From Trueperaceae bacterium (GTDB taxonomy: Bacteria; Deinococcota; Deinococci; Deinococcales; Trueperaceae), in NCBI GenBank assembly GCA_965214405.1, contig OZ243956.1:2944001-3008000 (forward strand): a stretch of 64,000 nucleotides of DNA. Reading direction: 5' to 3'. Shown in pieces: positions 29,830 to 39,857 of the stretch. The notes beneath the pieces are model-generated. The model had not been told where the DNA came from. It saw nothing but the letters and a program-made list of their open reading frames with translations, and ran no database searches. Made by a program: the position numbers and the translations under genes. Within the stretch, counting starts at the first letter, position 1, and each line of letters opens with the position of its first letter.

Positions 29830-29838
29830 GCTTGAGCC
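29829..29838. repeat. Half site R6 (single box)
   Basis: GGCTTGAGCC overlapping the DUF2442 TAG, same geometry as vapC TAG/R2. Confidence 0.55.
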
Positions 29839-30647
29839 TACTCGCCCTCCGTCAGAAGTTCAGTATCAAGAAGGTTTTAAGGTTTGCCTGCCGCTCGTTT
29901 GGCGGCAACTAAATAACAGAAAGGGAATTAAAGTAAAATGGCAGAGTACAAGTTTAAGTTGGAGGTTAGGATTTCTCCCTCTGCTTTCGTACCCACAGAA
30001 TTCGTGGAGAATGAGATGCGAAGTGCTCTCAAATACACCAACTTGATTGACGAACGAAATTTCCCTTTAAATCCCGGTGAAGGGGTGGTAGAAGTGAAGT
30101 CCAATTTGTCTTCAATGCTACACGTAAAAAATAGTTCCAGAGACCGAGAGCTTTACAATGAAATAAAGAAGGGAAACCTTTCTGCCGAGACTGTGAAAGT
30201 GAGATTAGAATCGATTTTGGCAGACTCAGATCACAATCCTAACAACCGGAAAATAGTTGATTTCAGCATTAGTTTCCCTGAGAACAGTGAAAAGGCAAGG
30301 TCGGCTTCAAAAAGATTTGCTTCCCAATACATTGAGCGATATATAAGTGATGTTTCACTATTGTTAAACCTTTCGGCTCCGGGGTGCTTCAGTTTTTATC
30401 CAGAGCGAATTTTCGATAACGAGGATTTTGATAATCCTCTTATTGATGGAGTTACTCTTGATGCTTTCCTTTTTGACAATGCTTGGAACATGGCAACTGG
30501 TCGCGGCTGGCCTAGAGTAGAAGCGATTCCACTTGCTAGGGTAATCAAGTGGTACGATTCTCTAAATGTTCAAAGATATATAGCTGGTACGAGACTACAA
30601 AGGGCCATCTTCGCTCTACTTCATGTTACAAACTCTAAGTTTGCAGG

Positions 30648-31697
30648 CTAAGTACACGACAAAAGCCGAAAACAGCGGTCCAGGTCAGGCTTTTTGGTTG
30701 CCGAGTTGGTGAGCAGATGCCTGAGATGGTCTAAGCCTGCCCGGAATAAAGACTTCTGCTTGCGCCCGTGCGACTTCATTCGAACAGGTTTGAGCTGACG
30801 GTGAACAAATGCTCCGACTTTCAAGGCCCATAAGAAAGCCAGGGTCACAACGACAAGTAAGGTGTTAATGCGCTCTAGGTGCTTGAGATGCGTAGCTTCA
30901 AAGTCAAAGCCGCTGCTTTTCAAGGCTTTGAACAAGCATTCTATCTGCCAGCGCTTCGCGTAGCTTGCGAGGGCCTGCTTAGGATTGCGGTTGGTGACGA
31001 CGATGATGTATTCTCCACCCTCTAAACGCGCGCCTGCAACCCCAAGCTCAACACCAAAGACAGTGTAGCGCTGTTTAAGTACCTTGTGCTCACCCACAGG
31101 TAGATGCTGGAAAAAGCCGAACAGATGAAACCAGCCATCACCGAGAGCGTCTTTACGCACGCGGATAACGAAAGGGATGTGCTTACGCTCAAGATAAGCG
31201 AACCAGTCGCCCCCGATGAACTCCCTATCGGCTAGCAGCACCTCTAGCTGGTCTACGGGCAAAAGTTTTAGCAAACGCTCCAAAAGCGTAATGCGTTCTT
31301 GCGTGGCGGAGTTGCCAGCCTTGGGCAAAAGACACCACAGTAAGGGAACCGCTACGCCCTCATGCGCATAAGCCAGGGTCAAGATGTTGATGTCGAGTTT
31401 GCCAAACTTCCAGTTCGTCCGGTCTAGGCACAGGCTGTAGCTTCGCTTGGGACCTAGACTCAGCGCGTACCTGAAAACTGTCTCATCGGCCAAGTGCAAG
31501 CCTTGGAAAAACCGTTGCGCCCGTCTGTAAAGCGAGTCCGGCTGGGCTCTGCCCTCCATCATGCCTACCAACGTCGCCAAGTTCACCGTCTTTGCCTGCA
31601 CCATCGCGATCATCAACAAGCTCAAGAACTTAAGCCGTGACGGGTGCAGCTTTAAGCCGCTCGCTTTCAACTGTGCCAGCAACCCGGTATGCTTCAT
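30648..31697 (-). CDS. IS4-family DDE transposase
   Basis: LDRTNW, LLADREFIG and Y.KRWQIE.LFKALKS.GF motifs; start 31697 or 31733. Confidence 0.92.
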   Translation of the reverse strand: MKHTGLLAQLKASGLKLHPSRLKFLSLLMIAMVQAKTVNLATLVGMMEGRAQPDSLYRRAQRFFQGLHLADETVFRYALSLGPKRSYSLCLDRTNWKFGKLDINILTLAYAHEGVAVPLLWCLLPKAGNSATQERITLLERLLKLLPVDQLEVLLADREFIGGDWFAYLERKHIPFVIRVRKDALGDGWFHLFGFFQHLPVGEHKVLKQRYTVFGVELGVAGARLEGGEYIIVVTNRNPKQALASYAKRWQIECLFKALKSSGFDFEATHLKHLERINTLLVVVTLAFLWALKVGAFVHRQLKPVRMKSHGRKQKSLFRAGLDHLRHLLTNSATKKPDLDRCFRLLSCT

Positions 31698-31777
31698 ATG
31701 CTCTCCCTTGAAGTGGTGTCTCGCAACATCCATTCTTCACTGGAGAGCCCTTTATTTCAAATCTGTCGTGTACTGAG
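30648..31777 (-). mobile_element. IS4-family insertion sequence (1130 bp)
   Basis: TIRs CT(A/C)AGTACACGACA; 9-bp TSD GTTTGCAGG at 30639-30647 and 31778-31786. Confidence 0.92.
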
Positions 31778-32163
31778 GTTTGCAGGATTACCAGAAAATT
31801 TGATCTGGTTAGCTCATGCGCTCGAGGCGCTTTTTGATACTCCTCCAGAAGGTATTGGCAAGCATCTCAGAAATCGTATCTTCAAAGTTCTTGGCCGTCC
31901 TCAAGAATCGACAAGACAGTTCAAAAAGCAAATAGACGACTTTTATCAACTTAGGAGCCGTTTTATTCATGGCGATCTTGCAATTTCACATCCGATAGAA
32001 ACTTGGTCTTGGGATGATGAAGATATAGATAAATACACAAGTCAAAAATAGTAGATTCAGTTAAATTTGGTTCTGCAATAGTCATAGCAACCGTTCAACT
32101 TATGATTGTCAATAACTGGCATTCCATTGGTTTTAAAGAAGAACTGTATGGCGAAGCTAACGA

Positions 32164-32204
32164 GCAAGCCTAAAGACCAATTTATTATGAATCTTTAGGC
32201 TTGC
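32164..32204. terminator. Hairpin between the HEPN gene and sucD
   Basis: GCAAGCCTAAAGA-N15-TCTTTAGGCTTGC. Confidence 0.6.
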
Positions 32205-32218
32205 GATACCTGAGCTGA

Positions 32219-33148
32219 CTAAGCCCTCCCCATCGCCTCCATCATCGCATCCCCCATATCCGTCGGCGTGGGCGCGACCACGACACCAGCACTTTCTAAA
32301 GCCGCAATCTTATCCTCCGCCGTGCCCTTGCCCCCCGAAATAATCGCGCCCGCGTGCCCCATCCTCTTGCCGGGCGGGGCGGTGGTCCCCGCGATAAACG
32401 AGGCGACGGGCTTGGTCATGTTGGCGGCAATCCAGGCCGCGGCCTCCTCCTCGGCGGTGCCGCCGATCTCGCCAATCATGATGACGCCCTCCGTCTGGGG
32501 GTCGGCGTTGAAAAGCTCGAGCACGTCCACAAACGAGGTCCCGTTCACCGGGTCGCCGCCGATGCCGACCGCCGTAGTCTGGCCCAAGCCGTTGTTGGTA
32601 AGCTGAAACACCGCCTCGTAGGTCAGCGTCCCCGAACGGCTCACAACGCCGATGCGCCCCGCCTGGTGGATGTAACCGGGCATGATGCCAATTTTGCACT
32701 CGTGCGGCGTGATGACGCCGGGGCAGTTGGGACCGATGAGCCGGGTGTCGCGGCCCTCGAGAAAACGCTTCACCTTGACCACGTCCATAATCGGGATGCC
32801 CTCGGTGATAGCGATGACGAGCGGGACACCTACGTCGGCGGCCTCCATGATGGCGTCGGCGGCGAACATGGGGGGCACGTAAACGACGGAGGCGTTCGCG
32901 CCGGTTTGCTCGACGGCTTCCCTGACGGTGTTGAAAGAAGGCAGGTCCACGCTGTAGGTGTCGGGCCGACCGGGCACGCCGGAGTGGTCGGTTTCGCCCT
33001 CGAAGTGGACGGTCTGCCCGCCCTTGCCGGGACGCACCGCCCCGACCATTTGCGTGCCGTAAGCGATGGCCTTGTCCGTGTGAAATGTGCCCGCTTCGCC
33101 GAGACCCTGGATGATGACTTTGGTGTCTTTATTAACGAGAATGCTCAT
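32219..33148 (-). CDS. sucD: Succinyl-CoA synthetase alpha subunit
   Basis: [16 protein letters not shown] and RMGHAGA motifs. Confidence 0.97.
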   Translation of the reverse strand: MSILVNKDTKVIIQGLGEAGTFHTDKAIAYGTQMVGAVRPGKGGQTVHFEGETDHSGVPGRPDTYSVDLPSFNTVREAVEQTGANASVVYVPPMFAADAIMEAADVGVPLVIAITEGIPIMDVVKVKRFLEGRDTRLIGPNCPGVITPHECKIGIMPGYIHQAGRIGVVSRSGTLTYEAVFQLTNNGLGQTTAVGIGGDPVNGTSFVDVLELFNADPQTEGVIMIGEIGGTAEEEAAAWIAANMTKPVASFIAGTTAPPGKRMGHAGAIISGGKGTAEDKIAALESAGVVVAPTPTDMGDAMMEAMGRA

Positions 33149-34371
33149 TGGGCTAACTCCACGATCCTTTTTGCCCCGTCTTTCATGTCGTCGGCGCTCA
33201 CCAAGCCGTCGATGCCCGCGTTTTTGATGATGTCTTTGCCTAAGTCAACGTTGGTGCCTTCTAAGCGCACGACCAAAGGCACCTCGAGCCCGACTTGCTT
33301 CACCGCCGCCACCACCCCGTCGGCAATGGTGTCGCACTTCATGATGCCGCCAAAGATGTTGACGAAAATCCCCTTGACGTTGGGGTCTTGGGTAATAATC
33401 TTGAAGGCCGCGGTCACGTTCTCGGCGGTCGCGCCGCCGCCCACGTCCAAAAAGTTGGCGGGCTCGCCGCCGACTTCTTTGATGGTGTCCATCGTCGCCA
33501 TCGCCAGGCCCGCGCCGTTGACCAAGCAGCCGATGGTGCCGTCGAGCTTGATAAAGGATAAGCCGTACTGGGCGGCCTCGAGCTCGGCGGGGTCCTCCTC
33601 GCTCTCGTCGCGCATTTCCGCGACGTCTTTGTGACGCGGCAAGGCGTTGTTGTCGAAGCTCATCTTGCCGTCCAGCGCCATAACTTTACCGTCTTTGGTG
33701 ACGACCAGCGGGTTGATTTCGACTAAGTCGGTGTCGAGTTCGACCGCCGCGTCGGCGAGGGTTTTGGTGAACTTGACGCCGTTCTTAAAGGCGTCACCGG
33801 AGAGACCCAGGCCAAAGGCGAGTTCTCTCGCCCCAAAATCGGTGAGCCCCACACCTGGGTCGATGGTGACGCGCAGGATTTTTTCGGGCGTGTGCTCGGC
33901 GACCTCCTCGATGTCGGTCCCGCCCTCCGTCGAGGCCATGACGATGTTGCGGCCTTGCGCCCGATCCAGCACGACCGACAAGTAGAGTTCGCGGTCGATG
34001 TCGATGCCCTGCTCTATATAAAGCTGATTAACTTTCTTACCCTCCTCGCCCGTCTGGATGGTGACGAGGGTGGAGCCCAGCATCTTTTCGGCAAGCTCGC
34101 GTACCCGCTTTTCAGCCGCCTCTACGCCACCCTTAAGCCCGTCCGTCACGACGGTGACGCCGCCTAAATCGGGGTGCTCTTTGAAACGGCCCTTGCCGCG
34201 CCCGCCCGCGTGAATTTGCGACTTGACGACGACGACCTTGTTACCCGTCGCCTCGACAAGCGGACGCACCGCCGCCGCGGCCTCCTCGGGCGTCGTCGCC
34301 ACGCGGCCCTCGGGGACGGGGATGCCGCGGGCTTTCATGAGTTCTTTGGCTTGATATTCGTGGATTTTCAA
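33145..34371 (-). CDS. sucC: Succinyl-CoA synthetase beta subunit
   Basis: [25 protein letters not shown] and NFLDVGGG motifs; TTG start. Confidence 0.97.
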   Translation of the reverse strand: MKIHEYQAKELMKARGIPVPEGRVATTPEEAAAAVRPLVEATGNKVVVVKSQIHAGGRGKGRFKEHPDLGGVTVVTDGLKGGVEAAEKRVRELAEKMLGSTLVTIQTGEEGKKVNQLYIEQGIDIDRELYLSVVLDRAQGRNIVMASTEGGTDIEEVAEHTPEKILRVTIDPGVGLTDFGARELAFGLGLSGDAFKNGVKFTKTLADAAVELDTDLVEINPLVVTKDGKVMALDGKMSFDNNALPRHKDVAEMRDESEEDPAELEAAQYGLSFIKLDGTIGCLVNGAGLAMATMDTIKEVGGEPANFLDVGGGATAENVTAAFKIITQDPNVKGIFVNIFGGIMKCDTIADGVVAAVKQVGLEVPLVVRLEGTNVDLGKDIIKNAGIDGLVSADDMKDGAKRIVELAQ

Positions 34372-34564
34372 GGTAAACCTCCCATTAGAGGTATCATCTA
34401 TAATCTACAGGTGATACCTCACAAAACGCTCTAGCCTACCGCGGGCGCACCGTCCACGCCAAGTTTTGCGTTGGCGCGCGTACAACTCGAGCGGACCGAA
34501 CCCTTGTTCTCTCAAATGTGATTTTCCGCAAACCTGGAGGTGGGGCCTCGAGTATTCTAGCCTC

Positions 34565-35065
34565 ATGATTCGTACGGCCATCCTGACAGTGAGCGACAAG
34601 GGCTCTCGAGGGGAGCGCGCGGACGCCTCGGTGGGGGAGATACGCGAGCTTCTTAGCGCGGGACCCTTTACCGAGGTGGATTACCAGATCGTGCCCGACG
34701 AGCAGGCGGTGATTCGCTCGAAGTTGCGCGTCTGGTCCGAAGGCGGCGGGGTGGACCTCATTTTGACTACCGGGGGCACGGGGCTGGCGGCGCGCGACAG
34801 AACGCCCGACGCGACCTTGGAGGTTATCGAGCGCGAGGTGCCCGGCTTGGCCGAACTCATGCGCCTAGCGGGGATGCAGAAAAACCGCAAGGCGTCCCTC
34901 TCGCGCGCGGTCTGCGGCACCCGCCGCCAAACGCTGATTGTGAACCTGCCGGGCTCGCCCAAGGGGGCGCGTGAGTCGCTCGAGGCCATCCTCAGCGTGC
35001 TCCCCCACGCGGTAGACACGATGACGGGCGAGAAGCGCAGCGCGCCGGAGGCGTGGCATGAATAA
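34565..35065 (+). CDS. mog: Molybdopterin adenylyltransferase (MogA/MoaB)
   Basis: LTVSD, TTGGTG...RD.TP.AT and NLPGSPKG motifs; TATTCT 6 nt before ATG. Confidence 0.9.
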   Translation: MIRTAILTVSDKGSRGERADASVGEIRELLSAGPFTEVDYQIVPDEQAVIRSKLRVWSEGGGVDLILTTGGTGLAARDRTPDATLEVIEREVPGLAELMRLAGMQKNRKASLSRAVCGTRRQTLIVNLPGSPKGARESLEAILSVLPHAVDTMTGEKRSAPEAWHE

Positions 35066-35242
35066 AAAGTAATGGTAACAGAACACCTGGGACACCTGCG
35101 TTATTTGGTTGGGTCGGGAAGTGGTTTGGTCGTGACTGAAGCCGACACCGCCTATGCGCGAGACAGCCCATTCACACGCATAGGGGAATATGTGATAAAG
35201 CTACCGTTTGAAGATTCCTGTGTTGCCCTAAAACTTGAGCCC

Positions 35243-36343
35243 TCAGCCAAGCCTCACCTCATGGTCGAGCCCGAGAAGCCACTTGGCAATCCCTCTTTGG
35301 CCCAACGGGATGAATGGCGCGAGAAAGGGGATCAGGGTTCTCGCTACCTTGGCAAAGGGTTTCTTACCCCTGGGAATTTCGGTCATGCGCTCCGTCTGAT
35401 GAACCACCGCCTTATCCACAGGATGACGAAGGCGGTGATAAGCCTCTAAGCGTCCCGCAGCAGCGAGATTGGCGAACACGTAGGCGTCCTCTACACCCAA
35501 GTTCATCCCTCTCGCCCCCAAACCCGAATGAATATGAGCGGCGTCACCTGCTAGATAGGCGTTGCCTTCCTGAAAACAATCTACCAGCAAGCTAGAAATG
35601 CCGAAGTCCGATTCCCAACCAACCGCGCCGTGGGTAGTGTCTTTGGGCAGATGCTCGAGCAAGTTGGGCACGTTGCTGATAACGCGCCAGAGCCTCTCAT
35701 CCAGACGCACGATAAACATTCCGCCCGCTTCGAGCAAAAAGATATGCGCCTCGTTTCGGTCTAGGGGTGTATCTAGTTCTATGTCATAAAGCTTCCAAGG
35801 TTCATCAAACCTCGAGCCTGAAAAAGAGATGTCCAGCGCTTTGCGTACCGTGCTGCTAGGACCGTCGGCTCCCAGAATAACGGGGGGCTTAAGCGTTTCC
35901 TTTTTCCCGTCCGCGTGACTGAGCGTTATGTCCGCGCCGCCCGGCTGCATGGTCAATCGTGTCAGTTCGACCTCGCGTTCGACGGTAACGCCGCGTTCCC
36001 CCAAGGCTTCGCGCATCAGCGCCTCACTTTCGGCTTGCGAGTGAACCAACATGAAAGGGTACTTATGGTTGACCGTTGATAACTGGATTTGAAAAAGCTT
36101 TTTACCCCTTTTCCAAGCGTTGACCGCTCGCACCTTGAAGCCCCGCGCTAGCATCCGCTCGGTAACGCCCGTACTTTCATGTAAGGTTAGAGTACGGGGA
36201 TTTACGCCAAAGGCTTTGGAGTGCGGCGAAGGTTCTGCGAGTTTCTCAATGATTCGCACCCCTATCTCTCTATCAACTAGATGGAGGGCGGCAGTTAAGC
36301 CCGTGGGTCCCGCGCCTACAATAAAAACATCCTTAGCGTTCAT
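35243..36343 (-). CDS. FAD-dependent monooxygenase
   Basis: GAGPTGL, GADG..S.VRK and LAGDAAHIH...GARGMNLG.EDA motifs. Confidence 0.9.
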   Translation of the reverse strand: MNAKDVFIVGAGPTGLTAALHLVDREIGVRIIEKLAEPSPHSKAFGVNPRTLTLHESTGVTERMLARGFKVRAVNAWKRGKKLFQIQLSTVNHKYPFMLVHSQAESEALMREALGERGVTVEREVELTRLTMQPGGADITLSHADGKKETLKPPVILGADGPSSTVRKALDISFSGSRFDEPWKLYDIELDTPLDRNEAHIFLLEAGGMFIVRLDERLWRVISNVPNLLEHLPKDTTHGAVGWESDFGISSLLVDCFQEGNAYLAGDAAHIHSGLGARGMNLGVEDAYVFANLAAAGRLEAYHRLRHPVDKAVVHQTERMTEIPRGKKPFAKVARTLIPFLAPFIPLGQRGIAKWLLGLDHEVRLG

Positions 36344-36349
36344 AATTTC

Positions 36350-36383
36350 CTTCCTATTGAGAGTGTACACTCTCAATAGGAAG
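36350..36383. promoter_or_regulatory. Perfect 34-bp palindrome, probable TetR operator
   Basis: CTTCCTATTGAGAGTGT|ACACTCTCAATAGGAAG between the divergent monooxygenase and tetR genes. Confidence 0.75.
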
Positions 36384-36534
36384 TGTAGGGGCAGACGGCA
36401 AGCTTGTCAAGCTTATCTCGCGCTTTGGCAGCTTTCTCTTTTGCAAGGAACTTTCACGAGGCAAACTTGCTATAAGCGAAGGCAAAGCGGAAAGCGGATT
36501 GAAACTAGAAACTACCAATGGGAGAATGGTTCTT

Positions 36535-37095
36535 ATGCCAGCACCTATCCCCGAAGAACGCATTTTTGACGCGGTCATAGAGGTCATTATCGATGTCGGC
36601 TACGCACGTGCGACCACTGCCCAGATTGCGGAGGCCGCAGGTATTGGCGAAGCCACCCTGTTTCGGCGTTTTGGCGATAAAGACACCTTACTCAAAGAAG
36701 CCCTCACCTTTGAGGTGGAGCAGTTCACACGTGAGGCGGTCGCCTATACGGGCGACCTGCGGACGGACTTGGAGCGGGTTGTTAGCACCTACAACCGCTT
36801 GCTGAAACGCAAGGGGCGACTGATTTCTGAGATGATGAACGAGTTACCCAGACGTCCCGAACTGAGCGAGGTCGCCGCCGTCCCTATGAGCGGCATCGGG
36901 AAAGTCACGGCTCTGCTTCAGCGTTACCAAGACGAAGGAAAACTTAAGGGCAAAAAACCGTGGGAAGCAACCTTAGCACTTCTTGGGCCTGTGCTTGTGA
37001 CCAGTGCATTCAAAGGTCTCAACCCTTTACTTCCCGCGGTGCTCGAGCCCAAAAGCTATGTCGAGGTTTTTTTGAGCGGGTGGGAGAGAAGGTAG
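36535..37095 (+). CDS. TetR/AcrR family regulator
   Basis: GY..ATTAQIAEAAGIGEATLFRRFGDK HTH. Confidence 0.92.
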   Translation: MPAPIPEERIFDAVIEVIIDVGYARATTAQIAEAAGIGEATLFRRFGDKDTLLKEALTFEVEQFTREAVAYTGDLRTDLERVVSTYNRLLKRKGRLISEMMNELPRRPELSEVAAVPMSGIGKVTALLQRYQDEGKLKGKKPWEATLALLGPVLVTSAFKGLNPLLPAVLEPKSYVEVFLSGWERR

Positions 37096-37241
37096 TCTCC
37101 TGTCAAGCTGTGACGAGCAGGAGCTTGGACTGGAGTACAGAAATTTACGCAGCTAACGCGCGCAACTGTCGCTTTAAAGGTGAAGTCATTCATTAACGCT
37201 CCCCGAAATTTTTGGTGTGACAGGTATAACCAAGGGAAGGC

Positions 37242-37790
37242 TTAAGCTCGAGCCTTCAGATGCCCCTGCCAGTCAAACCCCTCGCGCACCGCGCTACTTT
37301 GAGGCATCACGTCTAAACGTATACATTCCTCAACCGCACACAGTTCGGCGTCCCTTTGAAAGCCCAGAACCGCTTTTATTTCGTTTCCTTTGACGTAGTA
37401 GGCTAAAAACTCGCGCGCGTCTAAGTCGCCGTCAATCACCACGTCGTCCCAATCTTCGGCGTGCCCGACGTAGCGCAGGCCCACGCCGTGCTGTTTGCTC
37501 CAGAAAAGGGGGACACCGTCAAAATTTACGTCTTGCCCCAGCATGGCCCTTGCCGCGGTGACACCTTGTTGCATCGCCACGCGCCAGTGTTCGATGCGGA
37601 CGCGGTTGCCGCGGTAGTCAAAGGCGGCCAAATCGCCCGCGGCGTGAAGGCCATCTCCGCCTTCAACGCGCATGGTCGCGTCTACGGACACGCCCCCATC
37701 GTCGTTTTTTGGCACGCCCTCCAAAAAGTCCGTCGCGGGCTCCACGCCGATGCCAACGATGACCGTATCGGCTTGGAGCCTTTCCCCCGG
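37242..37790 (-). pseudogene. C-terminal fragment of FAD-dependent (ferredoxin-reductase-like) oxidoreductase
   Basis: ADTVIVGIGVEP, AAGD.A, RIEHW..A..QG, P.FWS; in-frame stop at 37809-37811, N-terminal part absent. Confidence 0.8.
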
Positions 37791-38742
37791 TACCCTGAAC
37801 GCAGTGAGTTACGAAGGCGGCTACTACGGGATGCCCCTTAACATTCACACCGCCACACAGCTCTACTACAACAAGGCGGTCTTAGAGGCGCAGGGCATCG
37901 ACCCGAGTACGCTTACCTCTTGGGAAAACGTGTTGAGCGCGTTTGGAACGCTGCAGGAGGCGGGCGTCATACCTATCGCTTACGGCAACAAGTTCGGTTG
38001 GCCCGGCTCACAGTGGTTCTACGCGTTTCTGGCTCGAGAGGTCGGCGCGGCGAAGGTCAACCAACTCATCGCACGCAACTGCGGCTACGCCTGGACGGAC
38101 GCGGACATCGTCGCCGCCGCGCAGCGCTACATCGACCTCGCCGAGACGGGGTATTTCTCGAGCGGCATGGCGAGCGACGACTACTCCACCGCCACCGCGC
38201 TCTTCTTCACAGGTCGCGCGGGTTTTTTCCACACGGGCTCGTGGTTCGTCTCGGAAACGCTGACGAGCGCGCCGCCGGACTTTGAACTGGGCATCCTCAA
38301 GTTCCCCGCGTTTGAGGACAGCGCGAGCACGAACGACGCCGTTTTAGCCGTGCTCGGCGGCATGTCCGTCACCGCAAGAGCCGCCCAGGACCCCGCCAAG
38401 CGTGAGGCGGCGCTGACCTTTATGGACTGGTGGACGGACCTGACGCAGCAAGTTTACTGGGTGGAGAATATCGGCGAGATCAGCGCGACGGCGGGCGCAG
38501 TCACCGAGGAGACCGCCGGACCGCTCACCATGCAGATCGTCAACGAACAGGTCGAGGGCAACACGGGCACCATCCCCTTCATCGAGCACGTGACCGACCC
38601 GCTCGTCGGCGAGGACAAAATCTGGATGGGCAGCGTGGGCGTGCTGACGGGACAGCTCACGGCGCAGGCGTGGATGCAGAGCGTCGAAGAGGCGGCGGCG
38701 AGCGCGGAGCCGGTATTGGCGCTCGAGGCGGTGTGTCGGTAG
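37786..38742 (+). pseudogene. 5'-truncated sugar ABC substrate-binding protein
   Basis: Family-like sequence begins at GTLNAVSYEGGYYGMP...LYYNK; no signal peptide or N-terminal domain. Confidence 0.75.
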
Positions 38743-38885
38743 CGCTGATAAAAAGCTATTAGCTTTTAGCCGTTAGGTATTAGCCAAAGCTTTTCAAGCT
38801 AACTGCCAACGGCTAACCGCCTTTAAGAAATAACTTAGTTCGGAGCAGTGTGCTGCGACGCTGCGCAACAAGTCGGGAGGTGTAC

Positions 38886-39857
38886 GTGCAACGGAGAGCG
38901 ACCCACAAAGCTGTTCAAGCTAAAAGTCGGCACCCGAAGCGAAGGCAAAACACCTGGCTGCCCTACCTCTTCATCGCGCCTGCTTTTGTCTTCTACGTTC
39001 TCTTCCTCGCGCTGCCTATCGTCGGGACCGTCGTCATCAGTCTTTTTACCTGGACCGGCATCAGCTTCAACACGTTGCGCTTCGCGGGGCTGAGCAACTA
39101 CGCGGCGCTCTTGCAAGACCCCATCTTTTGGCGGGCGCTCCTCCACAACGCCTACTTCATCGCGGGCGGCATGGGCTCGGTCGTCATCGTAGGGTTGCTC
39201 TTGGCGGTCTTGCTGGAACAAGATTTACCAGGCTCGAGCTTCTTTCGCGGGCTCTTCTTCGTGCCGACCATCATGTCTTTGGTCGTCGTCGGCATCGTCT
39301 TTTCGCTTATCTTGAGCCCCGAGTTCGGGCTCGTCAATCCGCTCTTGCGCGGTCTCGGCCTGGGTCAGTTCGCCGCCGCTTGGCTCGGCAACCCGTCCAC
39401 CGCGCTGCCCACCGTCATCGTCGTGAACACCTGGCAGAGCTTCGGGCTCGGCATGTTCTTGTTCGTCGCCGGGCTTAAAGGCATCGACGCGGAGCTTTAC
39501 GAGGCGGCGCGCATCGACGGCGCGACGCCCTGGCAGTCTTTCTGGCGCGTCACCATGCCCCTCTTGTGGCCCGTCACCACGCTGGTGATTATCCTGACCA
39601 GCATCAACATTTTGAAGCTCTTCGATTTGGTGTATGTGATGACGAGCGGCGGCCCCAACTACGCCTCGGAGGTGTTGACGACCTACATGTACTCGCAGGG
39701 CTTCGAGTTCAACCGGATGGGCTACGGCTCCGCGCTCGCCGTGGTGATTCTCCTCCTCACGCTGCTCTTTACGCTCTTGCAGGCCAAGGTGTTCTCGGGG
39801 GAGCGGGCGGGGGCGACGCCCAGACCCGTCCGGAAAGACGCGGCGGAGCTGTCATGA
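38886..39857 (+). CDS. Sugar ABC transporter permease
   Basis: ELYEAARIDGA EAA motif; GGP..ASEVL..YMY. Confidence 0.9.
   Translation: MQRRATHKAVQAKSRHPKRRQNTWLPYLFIAPAFVFYVLFLALPIVGTVVISLFTWTGISFNTLRFAGLSNYAALLQDPIFWRALLHNAYFIAGGMGSVVIVGLLLAVLLEQDLPGSSFFRGLFFVPTIMSLVVVGIVFSLILSPEFGLVNPLLRGLGLGQFAAAWLGNPSTALPTVIVVNTWQSFGLGMFLFVAGLKGIDAELYEAARIDGATPWQSFWRVTMPLLWPVTTLVIILTSINILKLFDLVYVMTSGGPNYASEVLTTYMYSQGFEFNRMGYGSALAVVILLLTLLFTLLQAKVFSGERAGATPRPVRKDAAELS

Larger units (their letters stand above)
29938..32173 (+). pseudogene. HEPN-motif (ApeA-like) putative RNase/defence gene, disrupted by IS and frameshift
   Basis: Removing the IS and one TSD rejoins NSKFAG|LPENLIWLAHALEALF...YQLRSRFIHG (RxxxxH); frameshift at the A-run near 32045; tail IVDSVKF...NEQA* ends 32173; low GC. 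Confidence 0.7.

Noticed and set aside
30648..31777. IS4 transposase as the array recombinase
   Set aside because: It has its own TIRs and TSD unrelated to the repeats, and is a later insertion into a cassette gene
26536..32173. Classical integron/CALIN with attC sites
   Set aside because: No RYYYAAC...GTTRRRY ends, cassettes in both orientations and no intI in the window; only the logic is similar
32354..33634. Long antisense ORFs (e.g. 426 aa here, 376 aa at 15154-16284, 336 aa at 44974-45984)
   Set aside because: Shadow frames opposite well-supported high-GC genes; no family motifs
37672..37785. ORF-track N-terminus of the sugar-binding protein
   Set aside because: It is the antisense of the reductase fragment and has no signal peptide
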